17,631 nt of DNA, taken from contig BAAFSQ010000204.1 of NCBI GenBank assembly GCA_054661495.1, forward strand, positions 1 to 17,631, read 5' to 3'. This document shows positions 9,307 through 17,631 of the stretch, piece after piece. A program made the translations under genes and the position numbers. The stretch's first letter is position 1, and every line of letters begins with the position of its first letter. Under the pieces are notes generated by a model that was given only the letters and a program-made list of their open reading frames with translations, was not told the DNA's origin and searched no databases. The stretch is from Zygophlyctis sp. KS116. Lineage: Eukaryota; Fungi; Chytridiomycota.

Positions 9307-10029
9307 ATGACTAGAAACTTTTCTATTCCGATTCGTCCGAGTGGGTTTATCTATGGTGATCTAGAGATTCCTTTGGTAGATAAGCCTTTAGGCTTATGCA
9401 TCTTTGCGCATGGATCAGGATCATCTAGATTTAGCTCTAGAAATCAATACGTTGCTCATATTTTGCAATCGCATGGTATAGCAACGCTATTGATAGATTT
9501 GTTAACGCCGCAAGGTAATATTTTGGATTTAAGTATTAGAAGCACAAGAAGATGAGATTACAGGGAAAATAAGATTTAACATTCCTCTGTTAACTCAAAG
9601 AGTTGTTGATGCGATTGATTTTTCTTTGAGAGTGCCTGAACTAAAGGATCTTTTGGTGGCTACTTTTGGAGCTTCAACCGGAGCAGCTGGTAACCGAATT
9701 TAATATAATGATTAGCTGCATTATGGGCTGCAGAATTTAGACCAAATATAGTTAAATGTGTCGTATCAAGAGGAGGAAGACCAGATTTAGTTCCTGTCAA
9801 TTCACTCTCAAAAATAACTGTTCCCACTTGTTTTATCATTGGTGGAAATGATTTTGAGGTGATAAAAATGAATCAAAGGGCACATGATGATCTTGCTTCT
9901 AAAATCAAGGAATTTAAAACTGTGCCAAATGCAACTCATTTGTTTGAAGAAACTGGGACATTAGGGATCGCGGCTGAGATAGCTTCAGAGTTCCTGGTTA
10001 AACAATTCAAGGCAGCAAAGGAAGAGTAG
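9307..10029 (+). CDS. Dienelactone-hydrolase-like alpha/beta hydrolase, prokaryotic type (223 aa)
   Basis: Exons 9307-9514, 9540-9689, 9716-10029; introns 25 and 26 nt. Motifs FAHGSGSSRFSSRN, FGASTGAAAAL (GxSxG), VSRGGRPDL, IIGGND, ATHLFEE give a Ser-Asp-His triad. Confidence 0.92.
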
Positions 10030-10062
10030 GATGATAAATAAATCTATCTTTTTGCATCGTAT

Positions 10063-12035
<1,973 letters not shown>

Positions 12036-12126
12036 CCTAAGATTTATGGGAATATCTTGTTTATGCAAATCGATGTTTACGTTGTGGCGTGAAGCCACAT
12101 TATCCACAAACTATTAAAAAAATAAT

Positions 12127-12974
12127 CTATCTATTAATCATTTGACTTTGTAATAAGAAATCAATATCTGACAGTTTCCAATTCCATTTCAGATTCCATT
12201 CTCCTTCTTGATCCAATTCCTGTAATTCATCCCAAGGATTGAAATGAGGGGACATAAACTCCAAATCCACAAAATTCCGTTTATCTGAAAAAAGAATTTC
12301 AGAGGATTGAGAATTTACAACTCTGAATTCTACATTATTCATCAATCGAACATTAAGACGCATGAATATCCCATTTTCTTGAGCTTCCTTGAGTACTCTT
12401 TTTTGCTGTAAATGTGAAATAAATTCAGAGTCTTCTTTTGGAACTATTAGTGACATTATAGACCACCAATGTTGTATTACATGATCTGGAGGGGGTGGAT
12501 ATGGTCCAAAGGTTAAATGAACTCCTCGAAGAGACAATCTTGGTTTGCCAGAGACTAACCATTCAGGAAAAAGATCTTGATCAACCAATGACTTGTTTCC
12601 TTTACAAAATGAATCTGCCAATAATCCAGTCATAATTTCAGAGAGTTTATCTATTCTAAAACATTAAAATATCAAAAAACCTTGTTTGTTTGGCAGGATC
12701 TGATAAATCCTTAAATACTTCTCCAGCTGTAATCGCAGCCTCATCTAAAAACTGTCTTGGGAAATCTGGAATTTAATCATGATTAATTACCATATCCTGG
12801 TATTAATTTCTTTGCTTTATCTATTCCTAGTGCTTTAAAGTATCGTTCTTTTAGCATTCCCAAAACTGATGTCGGCGGTCTCCTTGGCGGACAAGTAGAA
12901 GTCAGCCAAGGATGATTAGTCAAACGAAAGCTTTGTTTAACAGATTTACTATTAATTTTTACTATTGAATTCAT
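12127..12974 (-). CDS. Probable mitochondrial protein, Tim44-fold/MAIP1-like (265 aa)
   Basis: Exons 12974-12791, 12765-12681, 12655-12127; two 25-nt introns join ORFs 12783-12974 and 12127-12633. Basic, acid-free N-terminus (presequence-like), YDFPRQFLDEA and terminal WKLSDID. Gene model is solid; family assignment is tentative. Confidence 0.7.
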
Positions 12975-13274
12975 TCAGTATTTTCTATCTGCCCCTAGTC
13001 CATCTAAATCCATCATAGAACCAACATCAAATCCCAAATCAGTCAACTTTCCATCTTTAATATCATAGACCCAGCCATGAATATCCAATCTCTGACTATT
13101 ATTCCAAACTTGTTGTATCAGCGGCATACACGATAAATTACGAACTGATGCCAATACGTTTAATTCAACCGCCATCTTAAACTTTTCATTAAAACTAGAA
13201 TCCGACTTTAAGATTTCCCCTGTATTAATTTTAATATGAGAGATCCATTCATCTAAAAGACCAAAAGCGGACAC
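12975..13274 (-). pseudogene. Beta-carbonic anhydrase, C-terminal half only (5'-truncated)
   Basis: GLLDEWISHIK, VELNVLASVRNL, IQQVW and IHGWVYDIKDGKLTDLG are beta-CA C-terminal motifs. In-frame TAG lies just upstream. I found no C-x-D-S-R or H-x-x-C zinc-ligand exons in 13275-13565. Confidence 0.75.
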
Positions 13275-13565
13275 CCACTACTTCTAGATCCATCTGATTT
13301 TTTCAAAATATGGCTCAAATTGTTTCTGAGCATGTTAAGTAAGGCTATAATAACTATTATTAAAATGTTTCGCCCTGAATCCCTTGAATATATCAATGTC
13401 CGTATTCAATTCTGACCGATCAAGGAACATCTAGGAGTGTTGCGCAATTTCAAGAAAAGATCTATTTTTAGATTAAATCTTCTTCAATAAAAGTAACATC
13501 AACTGATTTATATTCAAGTAAACAGTAAGAAGCAATAAAGACGCCTAGCAATAGCCTCTGTAAAA

Positions 13566-15738
13566 ATGTCAAATTCTAATCTGATTATTTGGTTTCAGCT
13601 CTATGACTCTGAGACTGGTCTTCCATACAAGGGAACTAGAGCTTCCAAGGTGTCAGTTCCCGTTGGTTCTGATATAGTAGACTTTTCTGATGCTGTCAAA
13701 GTCAAGTACTCTGACAGTCATTTGAAAGGTATTGGTCCTTCTGATCTCGAGGTCTTTCAGAACAAGCAATCATTTGATAAGAGAGATGCTGAAGAAGACA
13801 AGGTAAGTCCATTCATATTCTTATAATAGGGATTGCCTCTTGATGAAGATTCTCCAGTTGATGATCTTGGAAAGTCATTAAAAGATGCTCTCATTGTCAG
13901 TCTCAAAGGTAAACGATAGTAAAATCTTAAAAGTAGACAATCGCACAGAAATTGACTCATTAGCTTCTCCCAGAAAGAGAAGTCTGGCTGTTGATCTACC
14001 AAAGCAATTAAAGAAAAGAAAAGGTCTCATTTCTCCAAATTTACTTGGCACATCGGGCAGCGACTTTTTGTTTTCTGAAAGAGATCGGTCATTTAATGTG
14101 CTTCTTGAAAACACAAGAAAGAGATATAAAGCTCGAAAAGGTGGAATTTGGGATAAGTCGGTTCATCCTATTCCTTTTCTTGCTAATGGACCTGGGAGTG
14201 GGAAATCCCGATTCTTGCAAGAATTGTCTGGATCGTTTAAGGACTACGTCCAGAAATCTGATTCAAGTGATGAATTCAAAAAGATTTTCAATGAAGCGCT
14301 ATTTATCAATATAAACTTTGGGAATGGGACTGCGTATTCTATCGCAGATGTTGAATTAGGAATTGAAAAAGCTATATGTGTGCGGATTCTAGATCAGGTC
14401 GACCCTGTCAATGGCCGTGCATTTTTGGCGCAATGTGATAGAAATATGGAGATCGAAAGTCTCTTAGCTTTTACTATTGAAAAAGTATGTGGGGACGAAT
14501 ATAAATGTCTTGTTCTGGCAATCGACGAAATCAACAAGATCCATGCAAGCAACGAAGCTGCATTTAAAGAACTATTCAATGTCGTTGGTAAGCTATCAAG
14601 TTCATGCTCGATATTTGTTGTACCAGTTGTTGCTGGAACCGTGGTTGGTCCGATTAAAGACTTTGTCTCTAAGTCCATGCATCCTCCCTGTCAAATTCCT
14701 CTCCCACTACTATCTTTGGAAGCATGTAAAAAAATACTGAAAAACAAGATGCCCGAATTAGATACTGAAGATAAGCGATTTATACAAGTAGTATCTGATA
14801 TTGGAGGACATTGTCGCTCGCTGGAATATCTTTATGATTTTTTGGATTCCAAAAAATTCAACAAGTCCTTGGATGGCTATTGGATTGATGCCGGAATTAA
14901 TGTTCGACTGCAGATCCGGAAATCTTACCGTATAGATCATCCTGCACTTGGCCATGCCATAGCATATTCATTTTTATCTAAGCTTGTTCGTCCAGTTGCA
15001 AATGTAAAAGAAAATACAACTTTCTTGGATCTAGAAGAAGCAGGGCTCATCCAATTGGAACCAAGGGAAACCAAATTTGTGGTTAAAATTCCTTTTATGT
15101 TTGTGTGGTGTTACATGCAGGAATATGAAGATGAGGATTATTATTGCAAGTTCTGGACTAATATACTTATCGGCAACAAAATTGGTTGGCAGGAATGGGA
15201 AGTATTCAATCGAAACTATATTGCATTTCGGCTGTCTTTGTATGAATTTCTAAGTATTAAACAAGTCTCTGTAAGTGAATTTTTCCAGGGTGCCATTGTC
15301 AATTTCTCTCAAGATATAAATTTCAAGATTCCCCCATTTCAACAGATCAAAATTACAGAGTTTAAACACCAGTATCCTACAACCAAGTCTTTCAAGCCCG
15401 AGATTAGTGCCGGGACGTGTTTCTTGAACGCCTCTGGTGCCAAATTTGATGCTGGCGCTTGGCTTGAAACAGCAAGCTCTCATCGTATTCTTCTAGTGGT
15501 GCTACAAATGAAACTTTCTAGAGGAACGAATTCTTTTGGTGCCAAACTGATCAATTCAGAATACCAAAAAGCCAGACATGTTGTCTCTTCAAGCACAGAT
15601 TTTGTTTTTGTGATGCTTTGCCGCAGAAATGGTAAATTTAAACAGACAGATCTTCCTGAGAATGCTGTTGTAGTCTCAAATGCACAGTTACAAGATTTTT
15701 ATGGATATTCATACTTCCAGCGATTAAGAAAGGTATAA
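13566..15738 (+). CDS. Crinkler (CRN) family effector: ubiquitin-like header + P-loop NTPase + REase-fold nuclease (706 aa)
   Basis: Exons 13566-13802, 13830-13908, 13934-15738; introns 27 and 25 nt. Header IWFQLYDSETGLPYKGT...DFSDAVKVKYSDSHLKGIGPSDL...PLDEDS...DALIV. NLS-like PRKR...KKRK. Walker A GPGSGKS, Walker B LVLAIDE. Nuclease-like NASGAKFD...LQMK. Confidence 0.9.
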
Positions 15739-16202
15739 ATATGAATTTAATCTGCATTTTCATTATAATGAAGAAAATGAAGTCTAAATTTAGTAAGAAT
15801 TAGCGAACTGATTCATTTCCTAGGAAATTTGGGAAAATACCTCGTTTAAGTGGGCAGGTTTTCTGAATAAAACTTTACTCTAATAGTGATGATCTATCAA
15901 CGAAATGCAAATTTAAGACCCGATTTAAGTCTTTGCGCAGTCTCTTCCTGAAATCCTAAATTAGACGAATCAACTTCCAACTTCTCTTTGACCATTCTAT
16001 TCCAACCATGATAGTAGTATAGATAAGGCACCGAATGATACCGTTTTTCTTGGCAGATGCTCTCTGCTAAAATCTGTTCAAAGTGTGGCATGTGACTTAT
16101 AAGGGTGATTAATGCCAAATATGATGGGTTGTGATTTTGTGCTCTATTCATACAAATAGTTTATTCTATACATACAAAATCTGATGAATTCTCAATCATT
16201 AA

Positions 16203-16727
16203 AAGATTCCAATGGCGTACGACGAACCATCCCTCCTGGGTTTGACACAGAAACACTAAGTACAGAACGGCTTCTTGCTCTGCAAAGTGTGCCACGGCGA
16301 ATTCGACCAGCTGAAGCGATATGTGGATGTAGTGGACGACAAGCTGGTAGTCAAGGTGGTCAACTACTCAGTTTTGCGGAACGACGTCAAGCACAGAGAC
16401 TGGATTGACGCAGTTGAAACCCTCAAAGATACCCGTCTTGGAAAACAAAGAAGACTCCCAGAGTTCAGCAGCAGACAAGCAGTCGAACCCAACGGTGAAA
16501 TGGCGTTGTATTTCGTCCTCAACAACCCAACCAAACTACCAAATAGACAGGCCCTGGAATTCCACAAAGCAGCGTGCCTTATTTGGCGCATGGCAGGGGG
16601 TGCTGAATCGGAGGATGAGCATTGCCCTGATGATGATGATGACTACGTTCCTGTTAACTACCGAAGCAAGAGTATTGAGAAATGGATGGACTCGAGTGCT
16701 ACTTTGGTTATCGAAAATACTCAATAA
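16203..16727 (+). pseudogene. Crinkler-type HNH endonuclease C-terminal fragment, pseudogenised
   Basis: Frame reads KIPMAYDEPSLLGLTQKH*VQNGFLLCKVCHGEFD...ALEFHKAACLIWRMAGGAE. NGxLLCxxCHxxFD is the second half of an HNH_2 motif. In-frame TAA at 16257-16259, no N-terminal part, and visibly higher GC than the flanks. Confidence 0.78.
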
Positions 16728-16779
16728 AGCCGTGTTTTTTATAATAGACTGATTTCTGAACCAGAGCAATAGTTTTTAT

Positions 16780-17414
16780 TGTAGTAAATGTCATAGTGTA
16801 ATCGCTTCAAAAAGGGGCCTTTTTTCTCATCTAACCCCACCTCCATCTACGGCTTCTTCAGTCATTTCTCTCAATCAGTGATTTGCAACGATGTTTCAGA
16901 ATAAACGATTTACAGCTCCAGTGATTTATTTTATATTCAAATTCACGATACTATCAGATAGAGATAGAAACATCTCGTCTTGAGTAAATTGATTGCCATC
17001 CCTCTCTCCATCATCTTCAATTTAATGAAAACTGTCTGGTGATGCGATTGAGTTGTCGTCAATGTCAATGGTTTCACGATATGGCGGCAAAGTTCCTTTC
17101 CAGAATGAGCTTGACGAATAATTATCTGTTGACAGTGTTTTTGCGTCGTCACTGTCCAACCAACGACGCCATTTTCCCTTGCCATGTCAACTTTTGGGAC
17201 TGTCGTTGCTGGTGTTGGTACTTTTCATGCACCTTTGACTTCCTTTGGATGCGCTGCTATATTGCAAGCTTCATCAGCAGCTCTTGTATCTGGTGGTGGT
17301 GCAGTCGCCGGAGGGATTGCTGGTGCAACAACCGGTTGTTTATCGCTCAAAAAGTCCCGTTAGCTGAATGAATAGCAATAAAATTCACTTGACAGCAAAG
17401 ATATATTTCTTCAT
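16780..17414 (-). pseudogene. Decayed gene of unknown family (Pro/Ala-rich then acidic)
   Basis: ATG 17414, 25-nt GT-AG intron-like element 17388-17364, then MKKYIFAVN*RDFLSDKQPVVAPAIPPATAPPPDTRAADEACN...GA*KVPTPATTVPK. A shifted frame continues DSDDAKTLSTDNYSSSSFWKGTLPPYRETIDIDD with several stops. 3' boundary approximate. Confidence 0.45.
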
Positions 17415-17487
17415 CAATTACAGTTTGAAAGCATGGTAGGATGTGATTACAATTTGTAATTAAAACTTGTAATTGCCGAAATCTTTC

Positions 17488-17631
17488 TGACGCGTGACGT
17501 CATTCAATTTACTACTATTTTCCGGGCGTACGATTTTGGTGCGTTTTTCACTTAGAGATATCGCCTAAACGCGCACACGCGGCACACACGCGAAACGCCA
17601 TAATTGCTGTGATGAAGCATCCGCCGCCAAA
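17488..17631. promoter_or_regulatory. CpG-rich non-coding segment with MCB/CRE/SCB-E2F-like motifs
   Basis: ACGCGT 17490-17495 overlapping TGACGTCA 17495-17502, CGCGAAA 17589-17595, and many CG dinucleotides in an otherwise CpG-poor window. Confidence 0.45.

Noticed and set aside
12108-12146. Acceptor-like ttttttaatag upstream of the kinase ORF, suggesting fusion to the upstream gene or trans-splicing
   Set aside because: The only nearby GT (12146) gives an out-of-frame join with an immediate stop. A T-rich 3' end of the upstream gene and a start at 12035 explain it more simply.
13757-15483. Several short ORFs overlapping the Crinkler, and the 13885 start
   Set aside because: Shadow frames. 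13885 is not the real start because splicing joins the header to this frame at 13934.
15897-16151. 84-aa minus-strand ORF
   Set aside because: No recognisable motif or mini-intron structure. May be a remnant, but I cannot support it.
16184-16769. ORFs 16184-16408, 16364-16591, 16405-16752 and 16536-16769
   Set aside because: By-products of the GC-richer HNH fragment. Only the 16275 frame has family motifs.
17039-17371. Cys/Trp-rich 110-aa + strand ORF
   Set aside because: Antisense reading of Pro/Ala/Thr codons (CCA, GCA, ACA) of the decayed minus-strand gene.

Overview
This is eukaryotic, AT-rich, extremely gene-dense DNA, most likely from a zoosporic fungus (chytrid, Rhizophydiales-like; this is inference from gene content and Crinkler type). 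The ORF track is fragmented because genes are split by very small GT-AG introns. I resolved 21 introns of 24-32 nt (mode 25) in intact genes, each restoring frame and usually a family motif. Positions 116-13274 are a compact core block: two divergent paralogous small membrane proteins, a TM RING-H2 ligase, HAM1/ITPA, RPL34 (absent from the ORF track), an SRPBCC protein, a Cps1-like GT2 synthase, a mitochondrial carnitine carrier, an MFSD1-like transporter, a hypothetical protein, a bacterial-type alpha/beta hydrolase, a PKA-like kinase, a Tim44/MAIP1-like protein and a 5'-truncated beta-carbonic anhydrase. From about 13300 the window is accessory: an intact Crinkler (Ubl header + P-loop NTPase + REase), a pseudogenised Crinkler HNH fragment, another decayed gene and a CpG-rich end. 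The most striking signals are: (i) operon-like junctions, with the HAM1 stop overlapping the RING start as ATGA and the CA stop directly abutting the next ATG; (ii) the miniature-intron system, where all four 3n introns carry in-frame stops; (iii) the head-to-head paralogue pair 62 bp apart; (iv) a 13-nt motif shared upstream of two genes; (v) a 60-bp gene-end duplication with a fold-back junction.
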